64,000 nt of DNA. Source: Candidatus Heimdallarchaeota archaeon. GTDB lineage: Archaea > Asgardarchaeota > Heimdallarchaeia > Heimdallarchaeales > Heimdallarchaeaceae. The DNA lies in assembly GCA_019057815.1 (NCBI GenBank), contig JAHLWR010000002.1:1-64000 (forward strand), given 5' to 3'. The stretch's first letter is position 1, and the number at the start of each line of letters is the position of its first letter. This document shows positions 8,954 through 19,031 of the stretch, in pieces. The position numbers and the translations under genes were made by a program. The notes under the pieces were generated by a model. The model saw only the letters and a program-made list of their open reading frames with translations. It was not told the origin of the DNA and ran no database searches.

Positions 8954-9279
8954 CTATGAAAAACTAATTAGTTACTATTAGAAGTAAATTCAGTAGGCAG
9001 AGTTTGAATCTCTTTTTTCCCTTTCTTATTCCAATTTATTTTTCCTTTCTTGAATTATTCAATAACCAATGCTTAATCCTGAAATCTTTATTTACAACAG
9101 ATTTAGGGATTCAGATAGGTTCATCAGTAAGGTCGTAAATAGTAACATAGAACGATTGTTGAGTCTCAGCAAGAAGACAAATAGAACAAACGAACATCAC
9201 TTAAGGACACATAATAACTGGTACTGGTTTTTCAATCTAATGAGTATTTTAATAGTAACAGGAAGCTTAGTAGCGGATA

Positions 9280-9507
9280 TCATATTTCTTGCATATGAAC
9301 AATAGACAGAGGGAAAATTACTTCCTCGGAATTAGTTGAATTTAACAATAAATTATATAGGTTCCTTTCTGAACTATCACCTTTTCCCTTAATATGTATT
9401 CTAGATAATCTAATCCAGTGGTTTAAATCCATATAGACATATTTTTTGTTTTTCAAATGATCTCTACTCAATTTGGAAATTTCACAAAGAAATATCTTTC
9501 TCTTCAA
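9280..9507 (-). pseudogene. Truncated PIN-like gene fragment
   Basis: 'VYMDLNHWIRL...FPLSIVHMQE' is a PIN-like N-terminus, then a stop with no continuation. Confidence 0.4.
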
Positions 9508-9606
9508 AGAATAATTCTTGAGTCTTCAAAACAAGTGTAAAAAGTCTCCTTCTTTTAAATGGCAGATGAACAACAACATGTCAGTCTTTTTTCTTTCCTT
9601 CCTTAT

Positions 9607-10074
9607 TTATCTCCATTTCTTGCTTTCTTCTTTACACAGACTGTCCTCATTTATTAGACCTAATTTGATATATAATTCCTCTGCTTTTCTCTCGATCAGT
9701 TTTTCTTCTATTTCTTCTTTTAATAATTTCAGTGTTTCTTCAGGTATCTCGTCCAACTCTTGTTTTATCTCTCTTCTCATTCCTTCTAACACTCTTTCAC
9801 TTATTTTCCCTAATATGTACTCATATGGCATTATCACCGCTATCAATCCTATTGTTATCCCTATTGTCATCACTACCCCCACCACTCTTGCTATTACTAT
9901 CACTATTGCTATAACTGTTCCCTCTTCTTTATACCAGAATGCTATTACTGTCACTATTACACTTATTATTACATATACTCCCCATTGCCCTATCTCTGTC
10001 CAATGAAAGAACTTTCTTTCCCTTTTTTCCATCCTTTTTACATATTCTCTCGCTATCTCTATTTCGCTTCTCAC
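9607..10074 (-). CDS. Hypothetical membrane protein (2 TM + charged tail)
   Basis: Two Ile/Val-rich segments; extremely purine-rich coding strand; GTG directly after upstream TAA. Confidence 0.55.
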   Translation of the reverse strand: MRSEIEIAREYVKRMEKRERKFFHWTEIGQWGVYVIISVIVTVIAFWYKEEGTVIAIVIVIARVVGVVMTIGITIGLIAVIMPYEYILGKISERVLEGMRREIKQELDEIPEETLKLLKEEIEEKLIERKAEELYIKLGLINEDSLCKEESKKWR

Positions 10075-10392
10075 TTAACTCATCCCTTCTGTCAGTATTT
10101 TTCCTACTGCTCTTGTCGTCATCATAAACGTTTTTTTCAATTCTTCTTGCTCATATATCAGTTCATGTAAATTCTTTAGCGATATCTCTCTCTTGTTCTC
10201 ATCTACTAGCTTTATCTCTATCCCCCATCCTCTTCCTTCCCTTTTTTCTTCTTCCATTTGTTCCTTCTGCTCTTCTATGAATCTTGCTAATATTTTCTCT
10301 AGTCTTTCACTGTTCCTTACCTTGTATTTTGCTATCTCTATACTCTTCTCTTCTTTTCCCCCATATATTTTCAGTATCATTCCCCACGTCAT
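10075..10392 (-). CDS. Hypothetical protein, MGE-like; contains repeat copy B
   Basis: 105 aa; 7 of 10 substitutions versus copy A are synonymous, indicating coding constraint. Confidence 0.7.
   Translation of the reverse strand: MTWGMILKIYGGKEEKSIEIAKYKVRNSERLEKILARFIEEQKEQMEEEKREGRGWGIEIKLVDENKREISLKNLHELIYEQEELKKTFMMTTRAVGKILTEGMS
10076..10230 (-). repeat. Copy B of the ~156-bp direct repeat
   Basis: ~93% identical to 1025-1180, same orientation. Confidence 0.9.
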
Positions 10393-10843
10393 TTCTCTTC
10401 TATCTTTTTATCTCTCATTTCCTTTTTATACTAGGCTAGTTTTCCCTACATCTAAATTGTGTTTTTCTCTATTCCCTGTAAACTACCACTAACCCTACCC
10501 TTTTTTTTAATTCTTGATGTATTACTTCAATTAATTCCGTCTTTACTAGTAAGCTCAATTAATAATCTTGCAAAAAAAATAATTTTTCTAACATCCTCAG
10601 TCGTTTCTTACTATCGCGACTAGATACATTAGTAGTCGTCTCTAACATACGACAACATTACCAAAAAGTATTTTTACGCTCTCTACTTACTCAATGGTTT
10701 TTTCTTCTAGAACGATTCAACAATTTAGTCGAATACTTTCCTCGACAAAAGAATCCCCCTTATAAAACTATCTGTTGACCTGAAAAATCATAAATTACTA
10801 ATTTACGTATTTTTTATATATATATCAATTAGAAGATTGTACA

Positions 10844-12241
10844 ATGTGTGATACTGTAGTAGCTATTGGAAACTCAACAAAAGATGGGAGCGTAATTCTT
10901 GGTAAGAACTCAAATAGGGTAGTCAATGAAACTCATAACATTGAGTATATTAAGGGAAAGAAAAATACTCGTAATTCAAAAGTAAAATGCTCTTTTATGT
11001 CTATTCCACAAATAGAGCAGACTTTTGATGTTCTTCTTCTTAAGCCTTTTTGGATTTTTGGTTGCGAAATGGGAGCTAATGAGTTTGGTGTAACAATAGG
11101 TAATGAAGCTGTTTATGCTAAAGAACCTCTCAGAGACAAAGGATTACTTGGTATGGATTTAATGAGATTAGCTCTTGAACGCTCAAAAACCGCAAAAGAC
11201 GCATTAGAAATAATCATATCATTATTGGAAAAATATGGACAGGGGGGGCAACATTCGTATAACATCAAAGGAAGAGATTATCATAATTCTTACATTATTG
11301 CAGATTCAAAAGAAGCTTGGGTTCTAGAAACCGCTGACAGATTTTGGATTGTTGAAAAGGTAAAAAACATACGAACAATTTCAAATACATTGTCCATTGG
11401 GATCGAGTATGATTTAATACATCCAGAGCTCATACAACACGCAATTAATAGAGGATTCTGCAAGTCTGAAGAAGATTTTCATTTTTCTAATTGTTTCATT
11501 CCAAAATTCAGGCTTTACCATGCGGTTAAGGAATCACAGCCTAGATCTCAGTTTTTCACTAAAGGTAAACAGAGAATGGAATGTACTACTGCACTCTTGC
11601 TGAAAAATAAAGGTAAGATTTCACCTGAAAATATAATGACTATTTTACGAAATCACAACATTTCTCCTAAAGACGAAGAAAAATGGTCTCCATCAAAAGC
11701 AACAGCAAAGAGTCTTTGTCACCATGCAACTGGGATGACTCTTCCTGATAATACTGTTGGTTCTCTTGTATCTCATATAAAAAAGGACATACAAATCCAT
11801 TGGGTAACAGGAACATCTGCACCTTGTATAAGTACCTTTAAACCAATATTTATGCCAGAGCCTGGATTTAAAATAAAACAGAAGCTTGGTGGATCCACCT
11901 ATGATTCAGAAAGCATCTGGTGGCAACATGAAAAACTGCATAGGTTAGTATTATTGGATTATCAGAATAGAATAAATGTTTTCAACGACGAAAGAAACAA
12001 ACTTGAAAATAAGTTTCTGAAAAAAACATATAACCTATTATCAAAAATTTCAGGAAAGCCATTAGCAAAAGATATTGAAAAGATGACTAAAATAACCAAA
12101 GATTCTTTTAAAGAAAGTAGAGAAAAAACTGATGAATGGATAACAAGAGTACAGTATCTTCCTATAGAATCAAAGACAAGAATTCTCTACAGAAGATGGT
12201 GGAATAAATTTAATAAAACTGACCAATTGAAAATCAATTGA
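10844..12241 (+). CDS. Peptidase C69/secernin-family Ntn hydrolase
   Basis: N-terminal nucleophile MCDT, 'GKNSNR', 'GCEMGANEFGV.IGNEAV', 'GMDLMRLALER'. Confidence 0.9.
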   Translation: MCDTVVAIGNSTKDGSVILGKNSNRVVNETHNIEYIKGKKNTRNSKVKCSFMSIPQIEQTFDVLLLKPFWIFGCEMGANEFGVTIGNEAVYAKEPLRDKGLLGMDLMRLALERSKTAKDALEIIISLLEKYGQGGQHSYNIKGRDYHNSYIIADSKEAWVLETADRFWIVEKVKNIRTISNTLSIGIEYDLIHPELIQHAINRGFCKSEEDFHFSNCFIPKFRLYHAVKESQPRSQFFTKGKQRMECTTALLLKNKGKISPENIMTILRNHNISPKDEEKWSPSKATAKSLCHHATGMTLPDNTVGSLVSHIKKDIQIHWVTGTSAPCISTFKPIFMPEPGFKIKQKLGGSTYDSESIWWQHEKLHRLVLLDYQNRINVFNDERNKLENKFLKKTYNLLSKISGKPLAKDIEKMTKITKDSFKESREKTDEWITRVQYLPIESKTRILYRRWWNKFNKTDQLKIN

Positions 12242-12247
12242 AAATGA

Positions 12248-12320
12248 AGCGTGAATTCAGAGTGCCAGTTGATGTCATAGGTAGACCTCCAACGGTAAAA
12301 CCTTCGTCATAATCCACGCT
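12248..12320 (-). ncRNA. Box C/D guide sRNA targeting the 16S rRNA 530 loop
   Basis: 9-bp terminal stem; C box AUGACGA; guide AGGUUUUACCGU; D' UGGA; guide CAACUGGCACU; D box CUGA; TATA-like TTTATTTT ~25 nt upstream. Confidence 0.8.
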
Positions 12321-12407
12321 GAACTCTATTTGAAGTTTCATAAAATAAAGTTTGTTATCACAATTCTAGCAACATATAAATATTTGTTGGGCTAATAAAA
12401 CAAATTA

Positions 12408-14162
12408 ATGAAGAAAATTGTACATCAATTCTTAGAAAAAAAATATCTTGAAACAAAGAAAGTTCATCAGTTACCCCAACTCTTTGAAAGATATAAAATA
12501 GTAAATAAATCATTGGTTACAGAATATCAAGAAGAATACTCCGGTTCTCAGATGTTAATTATTTCTGCTCTTTATAGTTCAGATTATATTATTACTTCTT
12601 CAGAAATAAGATTTGAGTTAGAAGATTCAGGTCGAAGGAAAGAAATAATTGAATTCTGGCAGTCTCTTTCTATTTCAAAAGAAAAAGATTGGCATGAATT
12701 AACACACCTCGTAGCTTTTACATACAGCATTGCTTCATTATTGAGAAAAAGATATTATTTTCAATTAGATAAAGGAATTAAAAAGGAGATAGCTGCAGAA
12801 CAAATCGCTGACTTCTTTTTAAGACACCTCTTGGAATTTTGTGTACAAAAATTTCCTGACATACCATTTGGATGGTTTGCATTTTTAAGTGAAACTGCAC
12901 TTTGTAGATCGGTTTTTTCTGAAATTATTACAAGAAGAAGTGAAACCATTCAAAATATACCTTCAGATGAAAGAGGATTAATTTCTCATCTCATTATGAA
13001 TCACCTTGTTACCGAACTTGAAAAGGAAACTAACAAATCTGTACCAATTCCCTATATCAAAGAAACTAGCATCTTTTACTTATTCACTTGTGATGAAGGA
13101 GGAAAGAAAAATGAGTATACATGCTCTAACATGAAAACCAGTGCCGAAAAAGCCATTCTTAAAGAGTTCCGTAAGTGTACTCCATTGATGGATTCGAATT
13201 ACCCACACATACTAAAGTATATCAGAACCAATTGTAAATATTCGAACCAATCTCCTCTATATAATCATTTTATTGTCCACGCTAAGTCAGGAAATTCTGA
13301 AGGGTGGGTTTCACTTTTATCACCTGTTGATGATATAAATCTAAGTATGATAGAATCACTTCTGCAAATGAAGTTAGAAGACATCAAATCATTCAACAAT
13401 TTGAAAAACAAACTACCTCCTGTAAACTACACCAAGGAGAAAGAAGCTGAGAGAGAAGAAATTGTTGAAATTATTCAAAAAGAAGAAACAAAAGGATTTT
13501 TCTCCAAATTTTTCTCCAAATTTAGGAAGAAAAAAGATACACTGGAAGAAGCTAAAACAGAAGAGAAAAAACCTTTTGATACTTGGAAGAAACTCATTAT
13601 GGAAGAATTGCTAGTTGCAAGCGTTGGTGGAATCAATCTTGGAATTGACTTTTATGATGACTATAGAGAGAATCAGTTTGTTATTAGCGGTGTTGTCGAA
13701 TCTGAAATAAAAGAAATTAACCCTACGGTATTCTACTCGGAAAAAGTCGTTTCTTTCCCCTCTGATTTATTAGATCCAATCATCATGTTAGTGAATTTAA
13801 GCAGAAATTGGACCAACCTAGTAACTAACCAAGAACCAATTTATGCCATTCCTGAAGAAGCTTTTTACTTAGATTCAGCTAATATAGAAGCACTAAGGTT
13901 GGCTGAATTTGTTATAGGAGATGACGGTCTCATTGGTATTCTAGCTGATAAATATGTAAAAAGTATAGTACTTATAGCCAAAGATGAACCAATATACAAA
14001 CGCCAACAAATACAGAAGAAAGTAAGGGAGCTGTTAAGTGCATATCAATCTAGAAAAAATTACAGCATTGTAGATGCTGGGAAAAGAACACTTTCTAGAG
14101 AGATAAATTGGGATAATGTTAACACTAGTTATGAAAAGCATCCACTCTTTTACAGGAAATGA
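12408..14162 (+). CDS. Hypothetical protein
   Basis: 584-aa ORF, no recognised motif. Confidence 0.8.
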   Translation: MKKIVHQFLEKKYLETKKVHQLPQLFERYKIVNKSLVTEYQEEYSGSQMLIISALYSSDYIITSSEIRFELEDSGRRKEIIEFWQSLSISKEKDWHELTHLVAFTYSIASLLRKRYYFQLDKGIKKEIAAEQIADFFLRHLLEFCVQKFPDIPFGWFAFLSETALCRSVFSEIITRRSETIQNIPSDERGLISHLIMNHLVTELEKETNKSVPIPYIKETSIFYLFTCDEGGKKNEYTCSNMKTSAEKAILKEFRKCTPLMDSNYPHILKYIRTNCKYSNQSPLYNHFIVHAKSGNSEGWVSLLSPVDDINLSMIESLLQMKLEDIKSFNNLKNKLPPVNYTKEKEAEREEIVEIIQKEETKGFFSKFFSKFRKKKDTLEEAKTEEKKPFDTWKKLIMEELLVASVGGINLGIDFYDDYRENQFVISGVVESEIKEINPTVFYSEKVVSFPSDLLDPIIMLVNLSRNWTNLVTNQEPIYAIPEEAFYLDSANIEALRLAEFVIGDDGLIGILADKYVKSIVLIAKDEPIYKRQQIQKKVRELLSAYQSRKNYSIVDAGKRTLSREINWDNVNTSYEKHPLFYRK

Positions 14163-14254
14163 GTCTTTTTCTTCCTTTTCTCTTTTTGCGGATAGAACTA
14201 TTAGAAATTAAATAAAAGGTAACTTATACTTTAGATTAGCGAAGGGTACCATAA

Positions 14255-15052
14255 ATGATTGACTACTTACAAACAGCTAATCACTATTTTGCTAAAGGAA
14301 ATGAAAACTTTGCAAGTGGAGACTATCTAAATAGCATTAAGGATTTAATATATGCCGAACAAATTTTTTCAACCCATGGAAACAATGAAAATGCTGCTAA
14401 TAGTTTGTACATTTTATCCATAGTTTATTCGAAAGTTGGGCAACTAGATCAATCTTTCAAGATAACAAAACAAGCGTATTTTGCTTTTAAGAAACTTAGA
14501 GAGAATGAAAAAATAGCAGAATGTGCTCTTAATCTTGGGAATTTCTACAGAGAGAGAGGAAAATTCAAAGAAAGCAAGCTATTTCTAGTTGAATCCATTG
14601 ACCTATTTATTAAATCAAAGAATTTCGAAAAGCTTGCTGATTCATGGAAAAGTTTAGGTCTTACTTACCAAACAGATTTAATGGAAAACTCTGAACACCC
14701 AAATCACATTGTTAATGCATATAAAACAGCTATTGAATTTTATAAGAAGGGAAAAAATAACAAGAAACAAGCGCTCACTGAGTTTGATTTGGGACAATTG
14801 TTGCTATCACATTCAAAAAATGACAAAGCGATTAAGTATTTAACAGCAGCATATATATTCTTCTCAAAACAGAATGATTTTGATTACACAATAACTCTCT
14901 GCCTTCAATTAGGGAGAATGCATCTAGAAACAGGAAAAAAAAGTAAAGCTGAACATTTCTTCAATCAAGGATTAACAATAATGAAGAAAAATGGAGTCCA
15001 TTTGGAATCTATAGAACAACTTCAGACAACAATTAACTCATTAAATATCTAA
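14255..15052 (+). CDS. Tetratricopeptide-repeat protein
   Basis: Repeated TPR helices (e.g. 'AECALNLGNFYRERGKFKES'). Confidence 0.85.
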   Translation: MIDYLQTANHYFAKGNENFASGDYLNSIKDLIYAEQIFSTHGNNENAANSLYILSIVYSKVGQLDQSFKITKQAYFAFKKLRENEKIAECALNLGNFYRERGKFKESKLFLVESIDLFIKSKNFEKLADSWKSLGLTYQTDLMENSEHPNHIVNAYKTAIEFYKKGKNNKKQALTEFDLGQLLLSHSKNDKAIKYLTAAYIFFSKQNDFDYTITLCLQLGRMHLETGKKSKAEHFFNQGLTIMKKNGVHLESIEQLQTTINSLNI

Positions 15053-15067
15053 TCCTTATTGAGAACA

Positions 15068-16675
15068 CTACTTCTTTCTTCTCTTCAATAGTATATGTTC
15101 AAATCTAACGTTTACTTCATCACTTACACTCAGAATTTCAATTTTCCTGAATTTCTGTGGAGCTTTGATTAAATCATAAAGAAACTTAGCATCAAAGTCT
15201 TCAAAGTGTTTCTTTTTAAGAACTGTTTTAGGTACTAAATGACCTAGAATTTGATACCCAGAAAAGACATTTTTAGATTTTTTCGCGGCTTTCTTCTCTT
15301 TAAGTGTTGAACCTACCATTAGCAGCGATAATAATTCATCGTTTTGATTTATTGCATTTATCACAATTATTTCCATATTGGTTAGAACATCGCTTTTTGA
15401 ATTCTGATAGCAAAATTCAAGAATTGTTTGTTTAACGTCAACTTTACCTTTAATAGCAGGATATAGTACCTTCTTGAACATTTCACGACTTAAACCGAAA
15501 ACTGCATCTGAATCACTTACTGAATTTCTATATTCTACATAATTGCCTTTTTTTCCCAGAAGAGTTGAAGCATCATTTTTAATTCTCAGTCTTTTTAGCT
15601 TGTTAGAGACATTGGAAGATGAAACAAGATCGTAAATCATACTAACACCAATAGTTTTAGATATTGAAAAAGCATAATTTTTACTTAGTTCTCGCTGTGT
15701 TTCAGAATCTAGGGTATCTGTTAAAGAGAGAGCTTTCTCAAGATAAATCAATGCATAGCTATGATTGTTGTAATCCCCCATACCAGTGGCTAAAGCAGCA
15801 TAATAATCAACTTGTTTACTAACTTTTAATTTCTCAATCAATTTTTCAACCTTAGCAACAAAAATAGATAATTGTTTATCTGAAATCTTTAAAATGTTTA
15901 CCAATATTGAAAGACGTCTTTTTGCTTCTTGTGGGTCTTGAATTTTTTGAATCGTGTTTAACACTACATCAACTCCTTTCTCAATTATTGATTGATATTT
16001 GGAAACTACGATTAATCCTGGATTCTCAGAAAAAAGATGTAGAAAGAAGTCTGTCGGCATTATTAATTTGTCATTTGGATATGGATGTGTTGTTATTATA
16101 TTTATGATATTAGAGCAATAATTAGCAGCTTTTGTATAATCTTTATTGAAAAGATGTATTAAACCTAAATTTACATCACAAAAAACAATGTTTTCATACA
16201 AATCGTGCTTTTGAGCAAGTTCTTTAGATTGTAATAAGTACTGACAAGATTTATCCTTTTCTAGAGTTCTATAAATTATGAATAAACGATTCCAAACTCT
16301 TATCTGATACTGTGGGTCGTCAAATTTTGCTGCAACTGTTTGTGCTTTCTTTGCTGCTTTCTCTGCCCCTTGAAAATCATTAACTAGCATAAATGAATCT
16401 GTTAACACTAAGTAGAAAGGAATGTAAAACCTCTTCGAAACCAAAGTTAGCAGGGGTTTTACTGCTTTCAAGATAATTAGAGCTTCAGTTCTTTTTTCTT
16501 TATTAAGAAACTCTTTACTCTCTTTTAAAAAATAGTCTACTAAATCATCATAAGTATAGCCTTGATCTAAGTTCAAATCTGACAGAATCTTTTGAAAGCT
16601 TTCTTTATCTTTTACTTGTGTTACTAATTCTGAAATTTTTATTCCTTTCAAGTACTTATGCAAAGAAGGGCTCAT
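15068..16675 (-). CDS. Hypothetical protein with TPR-like repeats
   Basis: 535 aa; 'VNLGLIHLFNKDYTKAANY', 'ALIYLEKALSL'. Confidence 0.75.
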   Translation of the reverse strand: MSPSLHKYLKGIKISELVTQVKDKESFQKILSDLNLDQGYTYDDLVDYFLKESKEFLNKEKRTEALIILKAVKPLLTLVSKRFYIPFYLVLTDSFMLVNDFQGAEKAAKKAQTVAAKFDDPQYQIRVWNRLFIIYRTLEKDKSCQYLLQSKELAQKHDLYENIVFCDVNLGLIHLFNKDYTKAANYCSNIINIITTHPYPNDKLIMPTDFFLHLFSENPGLIVVSKYQSIIEKGVDVVLNTIQKIQDPQEAKRRLSILVNILKISDKQLSIFVAKVEKLIEKLKVSKQVDYYAALATGMGDYNNHSYALIYLEKALSLTDTLDSETQRELSKNYAFSISKTIGVSMIYDLVSSSNVSNKLKRLRIKNDASTLLGKKGNYVEYRNSVSDSDAVFGLSREMFKKVLYPAIKGKVDVKQTILEFCYQNSKSDVLTNMEIIVINAINQNDELLSLLMVGSTLKEKKAAKKSKNVFSGYQILGHLVPKTVLKKKHFEDFDAKFLYDLIKAPQKFRKIEILSVSDEVNVRFEHILLKRRKK

Positions 16676-16746
16676 TATGAGTAAGTTTTTGAAAAGGTTA
16701 AATTTGTTTTGTTTTATCCTAAAACAAGAAAAAGTATGTAGAAAGA

Positions 16747-18246
16747 CTATCTTATTAGCATCGATTCTATTTCTTCCATAAGATTTGATTTTGCTATTGT
16801 ATTTTGCTCGCCAGTTTTAAGATTTCTTAGAGTCACTTTATTTTCTGCTAAATCTCGCTTTCCAACGATTACAGCTATAGGAACACCTCTATTTCCTGCA
16901 TCTTCAAGATGTTTAGAAAGCTTCCAATCAAATGGGTTGAACAGTGTTTTGAATTGCTTTCTAATTTCCTCAACAATTTCTGCTGTTTCTGTAATCACTT
17001 CTTTATTGATTGGTGCAACATAAACATCAGCTGAAGAACCATATTTTCTAACTCTTCCAAGTTTTTTAAGAATTGCGAGTAAAACTGTCTCACCCATACC
17101 AATTCCTGTAGCTGGGATTTTACTTCCGCCAAAAGCATTAATAAGCTGGTCATACCTTCCCCCACCGGCTATAGAACGAACAACAGAACCCGTTCTGTCA
17201 AAAAACTCATAAACAATACCGGTGTAATAATCTAACCCCCGAGCAACAGAAGTATCATATTCACAATCATCAAATATATTGTATAATTTAAGGTGTTTAC
17301 TAAGGTCTTCAAGAGTTTGTAGCGCGTTTTCAGCTCTCTCACCTATTTCCATAGTTCTTAATTTTTGTATTACAAAATCAGGAGAACCTCTCTGAGTGGT
17401 AAAATCATAAAATTTAGTGATTTGATTTTCATCTAAATCGATTTTTCTGAGAGCTTCTTTTACACTTTTTTCTTCTATTTCACTTAAATGGTCTAGATAT
17501 TCTGAAAAAACGTGATTTGAACGCAAACCACTATAATTTTTTTCCAACCTTGGATCTTGCTCCCAGATTGTGCGGAATTCTAGGGCTTTTTCTTTTGCTT
17601 TTTTCTTATCAGATAATTTTGCTACCAACTCTTTTTGAATAACATTCTGAAGAAATTTTCCTCTCGAATCAATTATCTTAATTACTTTAATATAATTTGG
17701 AATATTCAGATAATCAATATAGCATTGCATCAGTTCGCGACTATTGATTACACAAATAAATTCACCACTATTCAATCCCGTATCTTTAATTATTTTAATA
17801 GTTATAGCGATAATCTCAGCGTCTGCAGCGGGATGATCAACTCCTAGAATATCAGCATTATATTGGAAAAATTCTCTAACTCTTCCTTTTTGTGGTGTTT
17901 CATTTCTGAATATCCGTGGAAGACAATACCAACGCATGGGTTTAATGTATCTCTGATGTTGGTTAGCTATCATTCTAGCTAATGTGGGAGTTTGTTCAGG
18001 ACGAAGAACTAGTTTTCTTTCATCTTTACTGATTACTGTAAAGGTTTCATCAAGCAATTCTTGTCCTGACTTTATTTCTATAAGCTTCGCATATTCTAGA
18101 GATGGTCCTTCATATTCTTCATAACCAAATTCTTCTGAAACTTTTTTCATAGTACCCAATATGTGATTAATCTCTGCATAATCTTCAGGATAGTAATCGC
18201 GAAAACCTTTGATACCTTTCAGTATTTCTTTTAGCTCCGAATCCAT
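16747..18246 (-). CDS. hisS: Histidine--tRNA ligase
   Basis: 'KGFRDY', 'LRPEQT', 'FRNETPQKGRVREFFQ', 'RGLDYYTG', 'GGGRYD'. Confidence 0.97.
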   Translation of the reverse strand: MDSELKEILKGIKGFRDYYPEDYAEINHILGTMKKVSEEFGYEEYEGPSLEYAKLIEIKSGQELLDETFTVISKDERKLVLRPEQTPTLARMIANQHQRYIKPMRWYCLPRIFRNETPQKGRVREFFQYNADILGVDHPAADAEIIAITIKIIKDTGLNSGEFICVINSRELMQCYIDYLNIPNYIKVIKIIDSRGKFLQNVIQKELVAKLSDKKKAKEKALEFRTIWEQDPRLEKNYSGLRSNHVFSEYLDHLSEIEEKSVKEALRKIDLDENQITKFYDFTTQRGSPDFVIQKLRTMEIGERAENALQTLEDLSKHLKLYNIFDDCEYDTSVARGLDYYTGIVYEFFDRTGSVVRSIAGGGRYDQLINAFGGSKIPATGIGMGETVLLAILKKLGRVRKYGSSADVYVAPINKEVITETAEIVEEIRKQFKTLFNPFDWKLSKHLEDAGNRGVPIAVIVGKRDLAENKVTLRNLKTGEQNTIAKSNLMEEIESMLIR

Positions 18247-18403
18247 AGTAACCTATGTTGTGGAAATAATCAAATTATGATAAACTTTTTCTATAGACTC
18301 CTTTTTTTGTAAAAAGATGTAAAAAATCTTTAACAAGAAAAAAGGGAGAAGAGAATACTTACAGGCAAGTGTTTTACAGGGGCTTTAATAAGAATATTAG
18401 AAT

Positions 18404-18985
18404 ATGATAATGAGGTATCGAGTACAACAAAACCATCTCAGATTTTTATCGAAAGAAGAGTACTGGATACCGAAGAAACTTACACGATGGTCAAAAAACG
18501 CCTATAATCACACTTTGTGGTTAATGAAAGAGGAATGGAATAAGAAGAAAGCAAAATTACAAAAAAAGTATGATAAGCAAGGAATCAAAACTGGCACCAT
18601 AGTCATTGGGGAAATGAAAAACATTAAAAAGAATTGTAGGTTGGGGAAGAAAACTACACAGAATTTTCATTACATAACTTACAGCTTATTCGAGCAGAAA
18701 TTGATGACAAAGAGTGATTTTCATGGAATTGATTATAAGGAAGTTGATGAAGCCTACACCTCTTAAACTTGTTCTCAATGTGGTTAGAGAAGAAAAACCG
18801 ATCATAAATATCGAGGGTTATACGTTTGCTCTAACGGTGGGATAGTTTTGAATGCTGATGCTAATGGAGCCTTGAACATACTCAAGAAAGTATCCTCTGA
18901 GTCTTCTCCTGTGAAGATAGGTGGTAGTGGTTGTCTGAGTCGACCTTCACGTTGCTCTGTTGTTCCTCAACATAGTTACGTTTAA
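18404..18985 (+). mobile_element. tnpB: IS200/IS605-family tnpB remnant (internal deletion, in-frame stops)
   Basis: 'WSKNAYN', 'IVIGE', 'VDEAYTS*TCSQCG*...RGLYVC...LNADANGALNILKK'; stops at 18764 and 18785. Confidence 0.85.
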
Positions 18986-18996
18986 ACAAAAATAAG

Positions 18997-19031
18997 TCTT
19001 TGTACGTACGTACAAAGAACTTAGCTCATAC
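18997..19031. repeat. Perfect 22-bp palindrome overlapping copy 1 of a 26-bp direct repeat
   Basis: TCTTTGTACGTACGTACAAAGA (18997-19018); GTACGTACAAAGAACTTAGCTCATAC (19006-19031). Confidence 0.9.

Noticed and set aside
9069-9305. 78-aa + strand ORF
   Set aside because: No motif, overlaps the PIN-like fragment, and lies in a degraded region.
9518-10492. + strand ORFs 9518-10006, 9732-9914, 9939-10127, 9985-10170 and 10193-10492
   Set aside because: Antisense shadows; synonymous substitutions support the minus-strand frame.
12261-12303. 16S rRNA gene fragment on the + strand
   Set aside because: Only two short matches separated by unrelated sequence; explained as antisense guides of the C/D sRNA.
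13495-13522. TTTTTCTCCAAA tandem duplication
   Set aside because: Encodes FFSKFFSK within a CDS; too short to be an array.
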